Shown piece by piece: positions 27,768 through 40,665 of a stretch of 64,000 nucleotides of DNA (position 1 is the stretch's first letter; the number at the start of each line of letters is the position of its first letter). The position numbers were made by a program, and so were the translations under genes. Origin of the DNA: Batkoa obscura (lineage: Eukaryota). The notes below the pieces were generated by a model. It ran no database searches. It had not been told where the DNA came from and worked only from the letters and a program-made list of their open reading frames with translations. The stretch covers positions 1,054,001 through 1,118,000 of the forward strand of contig JASVEC010000012.1 in NCBI GenBank assembly GCA_030770535.1, read 5' to 3'.

Positions 27768-29580
27768 ATGACTACTGGTAAATCAACAACCAATAAATAA
27801 TATTAATAAAACTAATAAAAAATACAACATAGATACTAAAACCCCATTGATACCTATTGTATTGAAAGGTAAGTTTTATAACATTTTATTTTTAATGACT
27901 ATATAATTAATGTTTTTAGATAAAATATATAACTTATTTTTCAAGTTAGAGTATCTTAATAAAACTGGCAATTTTAATGATCGTATAGCTAAACATATCG
28001 CAAACGGTAAAATTGCCTTGATTAAATAATAACAACATTAAATAATTTGATAATAGATATAAAACTCAATTATTCATTAAATAATAAAGTTCATTTATTA
28101 ATACCAAACTATGGTAGCTTAGGTAAATTGGAAATAATTAGTATTTATTAAAGTATATTTTACTCCTTAATATAGCTTTAAGTTTAACTAGCTTATTATT
28201 AAATACTGGTATTAAGATTAGTAGTATTATCAATTATAAAACACCAAGTCATATAGTGAATTTGTTAAATTTAATGAAAGTGGATTTAATTACTTGTAAT
28301 AATGAAACTGAAATATTAACTGCGATGAATAAAATGAGTTTGGGATGTAAAGAGAATAAAGAAGAATTAATTACTGTTGATAAGGTAAATTATTGAATTT
28401 GTAGATGTTTTATTGAAATTAATAGTTGATTGTTTATCATAGATAACTTTTGAATCTGGACTAAAAAATGGAATCAAAGAGTTAATAAATGAAATACTAA
28501 TTCAATGTCCTAAGTTGACACATTTAGTTTTATCGGAAGATTTTTATGGTAAGTGAGTTTATTGTTTTTTTCTTTATAAGTTTTTAATTTGTTAGATATT
28601 AAAAAAACAGTAGTAAATTATTTGGAAGAGATTAAAGTGAATTTTAAAGTAGATTTCATTTTTATTAGTTAAATTCAATTGATTTATTTGTTTTATTAGG
28701 TGATTGTAGTAAATACAAATATTACATTGAATGATGATTTAGTAAAAGAGGTATTAATATTTAGTTGATCGAATAGTAATTTATAAAATTAGGGCATAAA
28801 AAACTCTAAAAAAATCCAGATTGTTAGAATTGAAGACAAAAAAGCATACTTTTATTTTAAAAAATTAATTCAAGAATATGGTATATTAGCAGGTAATATA
28901 TATTTAAGAAGCCAATTGTAATGTGACAAATAATTATAGGTCCAACATCGGGAGCTGTATTGAGTGCTATATTAAATTTAAATGTTGAAACTAATAGCAA
29001 TGTGATTGGGGTATTAAATGATTCATATAAAGATTATTTAGAAATTTTATTAAATGAAGAAGATATTGTTGAAGATACAACAATTATTAATCCAAGTTAT
29101 GGGAGTTATGATGAGGTAATTTAATAACAATAATAATTTCATAGCAATGTAAACCAATTCAATAATAATAATATTATAATTATCTAGGCTTGTGTAGAAG
29201 ATTTACAATTACCAGCAGCCGTAACTATATCTAAAGCTACCGATTTAGAAACTGCTTTAAATATTATGGAGGAAAGAGATTATTCCCAATTACCAATAGT
29301 TAATGAACATCGTAAATTAATTGGCTATATAACTAAACAACAGATTATGAATAGTAATAATAAAAAAGAAGATAAAGTTTTAGGCCCAATGTATCATTTT
29401 AATAAGAATCAACAATATATTATAATTACACCAGATACTTTATTAAAAGAATTGAATGATTTTTTCGAACATCATGAAGTTGCATTTGTCACTGATAGAA
29501 ATCGTAAATTTTGTTTGGGTGTTGTAACAAAAAATGATTTAACCAATTTTTATAAAAAAAAGAATCAGTTTTATATTTAA
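27768..29580 (+). CDS. Cystathionine beta-synthase-like protein: degenerate PLP fold-type II domain plus C-terminal CBS pair; 11 exons; probable pseudoenzyme
   Basis: All introns GT-AG and the frame stays open: KTPLIPI..FKLEYLNKTGNFNDRIA..LIPNYGSLALSL..EILIQCPKLTHLVL..KLIQEYGILAGPTSGAVLSA..VIGVLNDSYKDYL..VEDLQLPAAVTI..MEERDYSQLPIV..LGVVTKNDL. Confidence 0.8.
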
Positions 29581-29680
29581 TAAAGCAATTATATGATATA
29601 AAATAATGTTAACTTATTATTATCTACTTTTTAGTTTTATTTGATTATATTTTTTATAAATAATGAAAAAAAATGGTAAT

Positions 29681-30994
29681 TTATTCTGACTCAGAATCAG
29701 AATCATATTGATTACCTAATAAACTAATATTAGTAGTATCCGTCTTACTTTTTTTACTTTGATCCTCTTCATGATCATTAACTATACTAGATGTACGAGT
29801 ATAAGCTTTAGTATATTTCATTTGTTGAGAAATTTGACTTAATGATTGAAGAACATCCGATCTAATGAGTGAACTTTTATTTTGAGTCTCAGTTTCTTGT
29901 TGATTAGGTTGATTTTCAATTAAGCCTTGATGATCTTTTTCATTTTCTTTCTCTTCTCCTTGTTCTTCATTATAATTCAATATAGGATTGGTAAACTCTT
30001 CTGGTAAATGTTCTTTTAATGCATTATAAACATCTTCTTCTGCCCTTTGTCTCACTTCTTCTTTAACTCCTTCATTTGGATCTTCAGTAGCCCATCTATT
30101 ATTGTGAGTTATTATTTTTAAATTTTAATCAATTCATTTTTACCTAACGTTGAGTATCTATAAAAGAAATTTAAGATTAGTCCCTAATTCTCAATATATT
30201 TAATAACAATTACCTCACTTCTTTCCAAAGACTGGTTAGACATCGCTTCTTTTGCAAACTCAGCATAAATTCTTCTAGAATATTGAACAAAAGCTACGCA
30301 TTTACCATGTAATATATTAACTATAAAATTTTTAATTAATCCAAAATTTAAAACACCTTTAAAAAATCACTACTTACTCTTAACAATTTCCCCAAAGGGA
30401 CTAAAAGCTTCCCTAATAACACCTTCCATATCATCATAGGGAGCAATTCTACCCACATACAACGTTTTGTTTTCTCTAGAAAAAGCACCTACACCACCCA
30501 AATCTCCTTTAAATTCCCCATGTCTTTCTCGTCCAAATATATCCACTGGCATCTCTTCTTTATCTTCTAAACATGGTATACGATGCTTAAATCGACATTC
30601 TTTACCATAGGGACAACCCCCTCTTGCAAAAAACATACAAAAATAAGTACCAGGATCTTTTTCCCCTTTTGTCCACCCAATATCTTTACGTGGATTGAGT
30701 TTATAAGGTGCTTTTTCTCTGTTAGCATTAGTTGAAGTAACTATATAAATGTTTTTATCAATTACTTACCCTACCCCAACTCGAAAACCTGTCCAACGAT
30801 TGTACCAGATATTATAACTGGTGGCTCCATCGATTTGGCCTTTTAAAGCACCAAGGTCATGCAGCACTTCTTCACCTACCTGATTATAAAAGATTAGCAT
30901 TTATTCTGGATTTGTGTTTCTAGTGATATTATATTACCTGTTTACGGGCAGGTCTTTTTAATTGCTCTTCTATTGTTTTTGGATGTTCAAACAT
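29681..30994 (-). CDS. CWC2: Pre-mRNA splicing factor Cwc2 (Torus/CCCH zinc finger plus RRM); multi-exon with a 14-nt microexon
   Basis: RPARKQ, YNIWYNRWTG, FCMFFARGGCPYGKECRFKHRIP, DIFGRERH, AEFAKEAMSNQSL, ILNVRWATEDPN. Confidence 0.93.
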
Positions 30995-32275
30995 TCTATT
31001 TTGAATATTTTTGACAAAAATTGATAGCTTTTAAGTTTGTTAGTCTAAATTTTAAGTTTTAGTGCCTAAAAATTGAACCAATTAAAATTCACTATTTAAT
31101 ACTTAATTCAAAGGCAGGAAATGTAAGAGAAAATAAAATGATCAAAGGGATAGAAATCAAATATATTTTAAAAGTTTTAACACTTGACTTCACTAGCATA
31201 ATTAATTAGACTGTACAAAAATTTTAATTTAGAATATGCTGTCAACTAATAAATTAGACCAAGTTAAGTTTACAGATCCAATAATCTGATATGAACGTTC
31301 TTAACCGTTATTAGATAACTAATTACTGCGCTTAGAATACTTTTACTTCTGGGATCCTGAACCAATACATTATCCAAACGATACAATTAGTTAGAAAAAT
31401 GCTTAGAGAAAAACATTTCTTGGTGTAATAAGCATAACTACATCGGTTGGTTAGCATCTAATGGTACTGAATGTGCTATTTACTCATATTTTGGTTTATT
31501 GTTAATAAATCTATTTCATTATAATTATAAAAAACTTAAACAAACTAAAAAAGCACTTACTCAAAGTAGAACTATTTACTTGAACTATCATTTAAGGTTA
31601 TGATCGTTTTATTATTATTTTGTATTGATCATTTTAGTTGTAAAAGTAGATGGTATATAATTATTTTACATTATTCATACATCCATATATTTAAAGTTTA
31701 TAAAAAGAATTCTTATAGAGAAGCTTATATTAAAAGTCATAAAACTGATTGAATCTTTAAAATAGATTAAAACTTAATAGAAACTATATCAATACGACAG
31801 TACAATTATTTTGTTTGTTTTTCATTGTTTAAATGTACATTATTACTGTTGTTTTATTTTATTTTTAGATGGAATTATACCTGCTACCCTCAATTTAAAT
31901 GGAGCCTACTTTTTTAAAATTTAAAATCTTCCAAAACGGAATTATATAGTTTCATTTATTTTGAAAGGTTATAAATCAAATATATATAGACTTCGTTTCA
32001 ACCTAAAGAATGATAATAATATCATAATCGACCTTCAACCTTTTACCAACTTTAACTAATAAAAATTCTAAATTCAATTAAGAATTACTATATAGGTGCA
32101 GTTTGGCACTAGGAAAAAGATGCTAACAGGCCTTATTTGAGTTTATCATTTTGAAATGAAAGTTTAAAGAAACATTTATTTTTTGTCTTTATTTTAATTT
32201 TTTTATTTTAAATTTTTAGTTTAAATTAGATTGTTAAAAAAACTATCAAGTATTTCGTTTGTTATAAATCAATAG

Positions 32276-32378
32276 TTAGGGAAGTATTTTTTTGTTTAAG
32301 AATTTTACTAACAATCTTTCTGCTTAAATAGCGCTTAAAAATAGAAAAAGTGATGAAACCAAAAAAAATATGTTCATA
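32276..32378 (+). mobile_element. MITE family A, copy 10
   Basis: Same core; both termini degenerate. Confidence 0.75.
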
Positions 32379-32512
32379 ATTAGCTTTTGAGATATGAATA
32401 AAAGTGAACTGTCTTAAAATTTGCACTGAAAAAATTAAGGTAAAAAAATTGGTGCTATAATTTATTACAAAATCTTATTGTTAGTTTATTAAATACTTAT
32501 AATCTAAAAAAG

Positions 32513-33406
32513 CTAGAACTCATAATGTGAACGAGCTAAAAGTTCTAAATCAAAAACGCGATGGTGAATTCCAAGGTTTGATATAGTGTCTAAATCTTCT
32601 TTAGAAAGTTCTATATCCTCAAAATTACTTTTAATACGACCTTCATTAGTAGATCTTGGGATTACACTAGTACCACGTTGCTGGCCCCAAGCTAGAATAA
32701 CTTGAACTGAGGTCTTTCCTAATCGATTTGCAATATCGTTAAGCACTTTATCCTCACGAACCTTTGGCTCACCGAATGATCCAAGTGGCGAATAAGCAGT
32801 TACATGAATATTTTCACTCTTACAAAATTCAAGTAGCTCATGTTGAGGAAGATAAGGATGAAGCTCAACTTGAAGAACGGAAGGTCTAGTTTTAGCTTTC
32901 ATTAAAACTTGTTTAATACCTTCAATATTGAAATTCGAAAGTCCAATATCTCTTACTTTTCCACTTTCTACTAGTTTTTCAAGCTCTCGCCATGTATCGT
33001 GAATAGTATATCCTCCTTCAATTTTAAGGGTACCATCTGGATTTCGGGGCATAAAGCCTTCTTCTGGTTGACCATAAGGCGAATGAATAAGGTAAAGATC
33101 TAAATAGTCAAGTTGGAGATCATTTAAACTTTTATTGAATGATTTTGCAACACGGTCAGGGTGATGAAAGGTATTCCAAAGCTTTGAAGTAATAAAAATT
33201 TCCTCTCTAGGGACATCTGTTCCTTTAATAGCCTTCCCTACCTCTTTTTCATTTTCATAAGACTCGGCTGTGTCAATGTGGCGATATCCTAAGTTTAAAG
33301 CAATTTTAACTGACTTTGCTGCTTCTTCTTTTGGTTTATACGTTCCTAAACCAAGCAGTGGAATTTTAGCTCCAGAGTTAAGGATTGCACTACGGTTTAA
33401 TGACAT
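32513..33406 (-). CDS. NADPH-dependent aldo-keto reductase (AKR1/Gcy1-like)
   Basis: GLGTY, GYRHIDTAESY, SKLW, LDYLDLYLIH, IGLSNF, AYSPLG, VIPRS; D-Y-K-H tetrad present; intronless. Confidence 0.95.
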   Translation of the reverse strand: MSLNRSAILNSGAKIPLLGLGTYKPKEEAAKSVKIALNLGYRHIDTAESYENEKEVGKAIKGTDVPREEIFITSKLWNTFHHPDRVAKSFNKSLNDLQLDYLDLYLIHSPYGQPEEGFMPRNPDGTLKIEGGYTIHDTWRELEKLVESGKVRDIGLSNFNIEGIKQVLMKAKTRPSVLQVELHPYLPQHELLEFCKSENIHVTAYSPLGSFGEPKVREDKVLNDIANRLGKTSVQVILAWGQQRGTSVIPRSTNEGRIKSNFEDIELSKEDLDTISNLGIHHRVFDLELLARSHYEF

Positions 33407-34185
33407 TCTATGAAATAGTGATTGATATAAGCTATAAGAAATTTATTGGTAGTTTGAGTTATAAAAGCCGTGTCTTTAATGATTTATTGAAATAGTTTTT
33501 ATTTTCTTAATAATTCAGAAGCAGCTATTTGTAGTTGATTTAAACTACATTATCCAAATAAAACAAGCCTAAAGATTTACATGAAACATTTTGCATCACA
33601 AAAATCCAAAAAACAACATGTAGTTTTGTCATTACTCATACTTACTCCAATATAATTAATAAGAAAGCGTTGCTATAACCAGTATTAATAATCAAGTTGG
33701 TTTTAATAATGAAGCTGTCCTGTGCTTATATATTTATTTTATCATGCTAATTAGCATTAATCAAAACAATTGTAAATTCTAACATTATACCCGGATTATG
33801 TGATATTAGTGAAGACTTTTCCTTGTAAGTATAACAATTTGACTAATCGGAACAATATTTAAAAAAATTAATAAAACGACATCCGAATAATTAGGGTAAA
33901 CTTTTGTAAGTTTTCGAAAAAACTAAATTGGTTATTTTAAAATATCCGTAAAATTATGCCTATAATAAACTTGCTCATTTTATATATTTTAATTACGCCA
34001 GATAAATATTATAATATAAAAAATCTGTTATTATATTGAGTCTGTCATAGATTAAAATGAATATTGTTAGAAGGTCTATTTTATTTTGGCTAACAAACCT
34101 TTTTAGTTTTTTATTTGTAGTCAGGTAACCCTTAAATTCACCCTAGCAGTTTATTTTATTTCGTTACAGGGTCAATTTAATAACA

Positions 34186-34285
34186 TATGGGGGTGTTTTT
34201 TTGGCTTCACTTTTTCTATCTTTTAAGCATTATTTGAGCGGAAAAATTGTTAGTAAATTCTTAAACACAAAAATACGCCCCCATG
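34186..34285 (-). mobile_element. MITE family A, copy 11
   Basis: TATGGGGGTGTTTTTTT ... AAAAATACGCCCCCAT. Confidence 0.8.
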
Positions 34286-34332
34286 TATTGTTATAGATTA
34301 TTAATTCAAAAATGCTGCAATTTAAAATTCTA

Positions 34333-34530
34333 TTGTAACTGAGCGCGAAATAGTGGACGCATTTAACCCTTTAAACTGACATAAATCATATTTTGTAAAA
34401 ATACTGACAGCTATTAAATATTTAAATTCACTTTTTATAAATTCGATTCGTTGGCACTACTTTTTTACAGAATATGAGTTGTACCGATTGAAAGGGTTAA
34501 ATGAGCCTGTTATTTCACACTTAGCTATAA
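34333..34530. repeat. ~200-bp imperfect foldback (arms about 70 bp) containing TTAACCCTTT...AAAGGGTTAA
   Basis: The left arm aligns without gaps to the reverse complement of the right arm; mismatches are mostly transitions. Confidence 0.75.
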
Positions 34531-34889
34531 AACTTATTATCACACTTTATTTAGTAATATAGTGATTCATTTTGTTTATCCAAGGCTTTTAAGTTTAAAT
34601 TTATTGTATTAGATGCAAAAGTAGGTGGAATAAGGTTGGCTAATACTATTCATATATGCGTTGGGTTATAATTTGCAAATGGTTCTTTCTAATAAAACTT
34701 ATTTAGATAAAGACTAAGTTGAAATAAGGATTCAATATGAAATTGCACTTCATAAGCTAAAAAAGATACTATGAATAAATATTATACATTAAATATTAAA
34801 CAACAATTTTTTTAAATGAAATTCTTGACTTATTATAAAAAAACATACTTAAACAAACTATTATTTCTATTTTATTTATTAAATTCTAT

Positions 34890-36697
34890 TTAAATACTTC
34901 TTTTATAACCCTTTCTTTTAACTAATAAGCTTTTAGCTTTATCCACCGTAACCAAAGACTCTTGAATTTCTTTGGGAAGCTTACTAAAATTAGGTACTTC
35001 TTGTCCTAATCCTTTAATCATATTTTTAACTTGAGAGTGGGCGTTTTTTCTACTGATATACAACAAACTACACAATGATAAGTCTATATAAAAATAACAT
35101 TAGAAAAACTGAAATTAAATTCTATTTAACAACTTACAATAAGTAAAATTCGAATTATAAAACTGTTTAATGATTGATGGCTTAATCTTTGAACACAACA
35201 TATTCAGCTTATGTAAGTTATCTGAAGCTGGCTTTGGAATTTCATGGTCCAAATCCAATATATCTAATGTTAGTCCGTTCTTTTCTAATCTTTTAACGAG
35301 GCTCTTTTCCATTTCGGTTAATACCAAAATACTAGTACCTTTTTTACCTGCACGCGCTGTCCTACCGATACGATGCTTGTAGGCGTCGATAGAAGCTGGG
35401 CTTCCCCATTGAAGTACCAAGTCAACATCAGAATAATCCATCCCTCTAGCGGATATATCAGTAGTTATCAGCACTGCTTTTTTATCATGTTGAAACTTTT
35501 CTGCTATTAATAAACGCTCTTTTTGGTCTAATTGGCCATGCATCTCATATACCTTTATACCCATTTCTTTATATAAACCACTTATGATTTGGACTGAGAT
35601 AACCGTCGGTAAAAATAAAATAACTTTCTTAAATTTTGGCTGTGATAAAATACCATAGATTAAATGTGGGTGAAAATTATGACTTGATATGATATATTTT
35701 TGATCTAATTTATCAATATGGGTTGACACTTCTTCTTTTTTTGGTGTTACATCAATTTTCAATACCTCTTGTTGTTCATTAAATATTTTTTTCATCAAAT
35801 TATCGTCTAGTTGTTCAGGCATCGTAGCACTAAACATCATTGTTTTTCTATCCTTAGGTAAATTTTTAACAATGGTTAATATGTTAGTTAAAAACCCACG
35901 GTTAACCAACTCATCTGCTTCATCTAAAATAATCTAAAAACATAAATTATAATTTAACAAAAAGCATTTATAAATAATCTTCTCACCAATTTTAACTGTT
36001 GTAGCTGCGTCCTAAATACCCTAGAACTAGAAATAATATCTACAATTCTACCTGGTGTAGCTACTATAATGTCCACTCGCTTATTACTCACTCGACTCAA
36101 ATCCCCTACTCTTGATGTACCACCAATAAAAGATAATAAATGAAATGGTAGTCCTTTCAATAACTTTTTAGCGTTTTGAGATATTTGTAATACTAATTCG
36201 CGGGTAGGTACCAAAATCAACACAGATACTTGTTTCCCTTTACTTATCTCCTCGGGACTCAATGTACGTAACATTGTTTCTATACTTGGTATAAGATAAG
36301 CTAATGTCTTTCCAGAACCTGTGTGAGATTTGACAATTGCGTCTCCTTGGATGGGCCATCTACTTAAGAGTTGGTCTTGTACTTTGGTGGCGACGTTGAG
36401 TTTAAAGTGTTTATTAAGGTTCATTTTTACAAGCTCAGGGATCACTTTGAAGGAATCCAGTTTGACATCTGAAAATATACTATCAGCCATTGTTTCATCT
36501 AGTTTTGCTTGGTCAATTTCGCTGCGTTTAGGCTCATTGTGTTCGAGTTTACTGTGCTCTGCCGATGCTTTAATTATATATTTTAATGTTGATAGTGTAT
36601 TAAAGTAGTTGCTTCTATTTATATTGATACTATTGAAAGTACGTATGGCTGGTTTTGATAATGTCAAAGTTTTTAGTTGAAGCCATTTCAAGATCAT
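34890..36697 (-). CDS. DEAD-box RNA helicase, Mss116/CYT-19-like (probably mitochondrial); 3 exons
   Basis: HTGSGKT, PTRELV, ATPGR, ILDEAD, SAT, ARGMD, HRIGRTARAG; basic, acid-free N-terminus resembles a presequence. Confidence 0.88.
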
Positions 36698-36753
36698 TTT
36701 TTAAACAAACCAGATTTTTATTTTTAAATTTATTTTTCTTTTCGAATTTTAAA

Positions 36754-38238
36754 ATGGAAACTGAAACTAAAAAACCGAAATTAAATGGCAATATAGAATC
36801 AAATATAATAAATCAACATTTCGACACAAACTCAGATTTTTTTAAAAAATATAGTCATTATTATCAAAACAACATGTCTATAGATATCGATTTGGATCAT
36901 TCCCCTACTCTACAATCACATAACAAAGTGGTCACTACCCCATTTTTAGCCGGCAGTATAGGCAACGTATTCAACCCCAAATTCTTAAAAAAAGTACGTA
37001 AAGAAATCGAACAGAAACAGAAATACGATAAACGATACAACGATTTATATGAATTCTATCAGTCTAAAGACCTTAAGAGTACTCCTTTAAAAAATTTAAA
37101 GCAATTAAGGGATAGTATATATGGTTCTACTTTCCTTGATTTTTTTTCGAAATTAACTGGTATAAAGTTAACGAGTAAATTAGACGTTTCAGTTTCTAAA
37201 TACATTTACGGAAATCATTTGTTGTGTCATGATGATGATATCAAATCTGAAAAAGAGGGTCGACGTATAGCGTTTATTATTTATTTAGTGGATGAAGACT
37301 GGGATGAGAAAGATGGTGGAGCATTGGAGTTGTTTAGTAGGTAAATATTAGATATAACGCTTTTATTTAATTTCTATAAATAATTTAAATTATATTAATT
37401 TAGAGATCAATATGGGCAGCCAATATTTAATAATACTACAAAATTAACACCTAAGTGGAATCAATTAGTATTTTTTGAGATTGGAAATTATTCATATCAT
37501 CAAGTATCAGAAGTGTTAGCTAAAACGAAAGATCGTTTATCTATCGTCGGTTGGTTTCATGGGCCTTTAGATAATTTAAAAAAACCATTAGTTAACTATG
37601 AATTTATAAAGACAATAGAATATAAACTACAATTGTCTGATTTTATCAATAAAGATTATTTAAACAAAGAAAATATTCAAAAAATAAATCTTCAATTCAA
37701 TAAAGATTCTACTATTGAATTAAGACAATTTTTATTACCAGAGGTATATCAAACATCGTGTGAAGAATTAAATCAAATTATTTGGCATCCCGTCTTAGGC
37801 CCAGCCCATATAAGAAAGTATAGAAAAGCAATGGAAATGTCTAAAACTTTAAGTCTATTAAAAGAATTATTTCAATCCGATCAATTTTTACAATTATTAA
37901 ATGAACTCTTAAACCAAAACTTAACTAAATACTATGGTGAATTACGTCAATTTTGTGGTGGAGATTATACCTTACTACATGACCATGCTTTAGAACCAGA
38001 GGGCATCGATCTTATATTTCCATTAATAAAAGATTTAAGTCAGGTTTGGAAATCCGATTATGGTGGTAACTTATCCTATGTTTTAGATGGAAATGAATTA
38101 TTTTCTCATTTGCCTTCTAACAATTGCTTGACGTTGATTAAGAGAGAAAAGGATACTTATCGCTTTCTTAAATATTTGAAATTATTTTGTCCGTTTGTTA
38201 GAACTGAGTTTGCTTTTACTTACCAACCTGAAAAATAA
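36754..38238 (+). CDS. TPA1: 2OG-Fe(II) prolyl hydroxylase Tpa1/OGFOD1; 2 exons
   Basis: NDLYEFYQS, HLLCHDD, RRIAFIIYLV...GGALELF, SYHQVSEV, RLSIVGWF and a second degenerate domain (GPAHIRKY, DYTLLHD). Confidence 0.92.
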
Positions 38239-38513
38239 AATAGAATTTATATCATATTTTGAGTTTATTTTAACATTTATTAAAAGTTTACTAAAAAGTC
38301 ATAAAACACTAAATAAAGATGTCGCTCTTTGTATTCATATGCTAAAAAATATACCAGAGATATTATAATATCCAAATTAATACTTGCTTAGTACATTAGA
38401 CTCACTTTAAATAAAGTAGCACAAAATTTCCAACTTAATAAATACTCTAAACAATCACAAAAAATCAAATATCCTTACAAAACAGCACACAAATTAAAAA
38501 TTAAAAGTCCATT

Positions 38514-39176
38514 TTATTCACTAGAAGCACCTTCATCATCCGAATCCTCTTCCTGTGCCTCAACCTCAGCAGCCTTAAAGGAGTGTTAATAAATCAAACA
38601 TCAAAAGTTAAAAAATAAAGCACTTACGAATTTCCTGGCTGTAGAAGCTTCTAATAATAGCTTTTTAATGGGTGCCGCATCCTCTTTATAATTAGGTAAA
38701 AGTTCCTTTGGAATCATCCCTTCCTTATTAGTAATATTAGGGTCAGCTCCTGCCTTCAATAAACTATCCACTATATATTCTGTATATTTAATGTCTTCAA
38801 GATCCAAACAAGCTACATGCAAAGCTGTATTTTTACTCATACGATCAACTTGATCTACATCAAAATTATCTAGTGTCAAGAGCTTTTCAAATACTTCGGT
38901 GGAGCTTTGTTGGATGCTTTTTTTATTGAATAGTTTAATTTTTAACTTTTTTAGGTTATGTAAATTGAAAAACTTACCATATATGAATACCTGGATTACC
39001 CATAGCGTCAGTACAGTTAATATCTAAAGTGGATTCGTTTAAAACTTCTGATAACAGATCCAAAGAGTCCGTTCTACAAGCGGAGATGAAACGTTCGTCT
39101 AAGGAGTTTTATTATTATTAGTTATCGACGGTATTATCAAAAATTTGAGCTTACTGGCTGTTGCTCCTTCCGACAT
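38514..39176 (-). CDS. Small ankyrin-repeat protein with acidic tail; 4 exons
   Basis: MSEGATA|NERFISACRTDSLDLL..INCTDAMGNPGIH..NTALHVAC..LLKAGADPNITNKEG..EEDSDDEGASSE*. Confidence 0.85.
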
Positions 39177-39640
39177 ATATCTAAATTTTTTATATAAAAG
39201 GTTATGTTAATAAGGGTTGTTTTATGAGGCTTTTGAAAGTGTGAATTCAATGATTTGTTCTAATGGTAATAAGCCACCTAAGTTGGCTGTTAAAAGGAGG
39301 TGGGTTAAAATTAGAAGTGGGACTAGCCCAAAATATTTAAATACTTTTTTGTTGTTGCTAGTTTCACTTCTGATGTTTAGATCCAGCTATGCTAAGCAAT
39401 AAATAGAGCTTTTTGATGATAGAGTCTGGTATTTAAGTTGTTTTCTACCTTTGATTCTACTTTATCATTGTTAATAGTCTAAGTTATAAACCATAGTTCA
39501 AGCACTTTATTCCCAACAAAAATCGTACTAATGAATTTCAATTCTCGCGATGAAAAGCTTAGCATTACTCCCCAAGGTTTTCAAAACATACAAAAAACTT
39601 CGATTTTCAAAAATTGAATTTTTAGTTAAAAACAATCAAA

Positions 39641-40080
39641 ATGGCAGGTTACAAATTAGAAATTTTTAAAGTAAAGAAGAATAAAAAATATGAAAATGGG
39701 ATTACTAACCACTTTACTATAATTAAATAATAAATCAGTATGGCTTTTATGTCTTTTTCCCAATTTCAATGATGCTTTACCTCGGTGATCCTTCATTTAT
39801 TGAAAATCATGTTGTTGGGGTAACTTTTATAAATCTATATGTAAAATCAAACCCCTAATACTTATTCTACTACAGGAAAAATTCTATCCACGTTTACAAG
39901 ATTGTAATGTAAGTTTTAATTAGTATATGCGTAATCAAATATTTATTATATTTTTAAAAATTAAAGCGCCCTGGAAAGACTAAAGAAGAAGTTGAAGAAC
40001 AGTTAAAAGAAGCTAGAGAGAGATTTCAAAGATACAAAACAAATAAGAATAACGAGAGCTCAGGTAGTGATGCCCTTTAA
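39641..40080 (+). CDS. PET100: Cytochrome c oxidase assembly factor Pet100-like; 4 exons
   Basis: MAGYKLEIFK|YGFYVFFPISMMLYLGDP..|EKFYP..|RPGKTKEEVEEQLKEARER matches the Pet100 LEIFK..Y..FPI motif. Not in the ORF track. Confidence 0.8.
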
Positions 40081-40198
40081 TATTAATATTTCTTGAAATA
40101 AAATGATAGATAGTTAGCTTTAAATTAGACTGTTTTTTGTTTTTTTAAATTATAAATAGAAAATCTTTAGTAATGAAATTTTATTTAACATTTTAAAC

Positions 40199-40546
40199 TC
40201 AATTCAACTTTGTCAAAACCTCTTTCAATCTTTTAATCATTGCTACTTCATCCACTCGATGCATTTGTAAAAGCTCTTCTTTAACTTGACCATCTTTCAA
40301 TCTTTCTTTAACCAAAGTTATCACTGGTACATCAAAACAATACTTTTGGTAAACTTCATTCCCTTTTTTATTGATATCTACTTCTTCTAAATCAAAAGGA
40401 ACCTTTTAAAAATAATAAGTCTTGAACTATGAGTATAAATATACATATATTACTTCTTTGCTAACGTTATCCAAAGCGAATTTAGCCGTATGGCACAACG
40501 AACAGGTCTGATTTATAAATATCCTAAGTGCTAATTTTTTACTCAT
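40199..40546 (-). CDS. Glutaredoxin-like protein (DUF836 / YDR286C-like), CSLC motif; 2 exons
   Basis: MSKKLALRIFINQTCSLCHTAK..|VPFDLEEVDI..YCFDVPVI..MHRVDE. Not in the ORF track. Confidence 0.85.
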
Positions 40547-40665
40547 TATGTTTATTTCAACTTCTACAAAAATAAAAATATAAAACCAATCAATATGCTC
40601 ATTTAAATTTAGTCATAACTTGAAAAAGAACTGTGATCACAAAATTAATTTTAATTTTTTTAAGG

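Noticed and set aside
31240..31500. Slightly GC-richer patch with a peptide-like reading (NYIGWLASNGTECAIY)
   Set aside because: Interrupted by stops and not assignable to any family by eye.
40199..40546. Possible selenoprotein (some early-diverging fungi have them)
   Set aside because: The redox motif is CSLC with ordinary Cys codons and no in-frame TGA.
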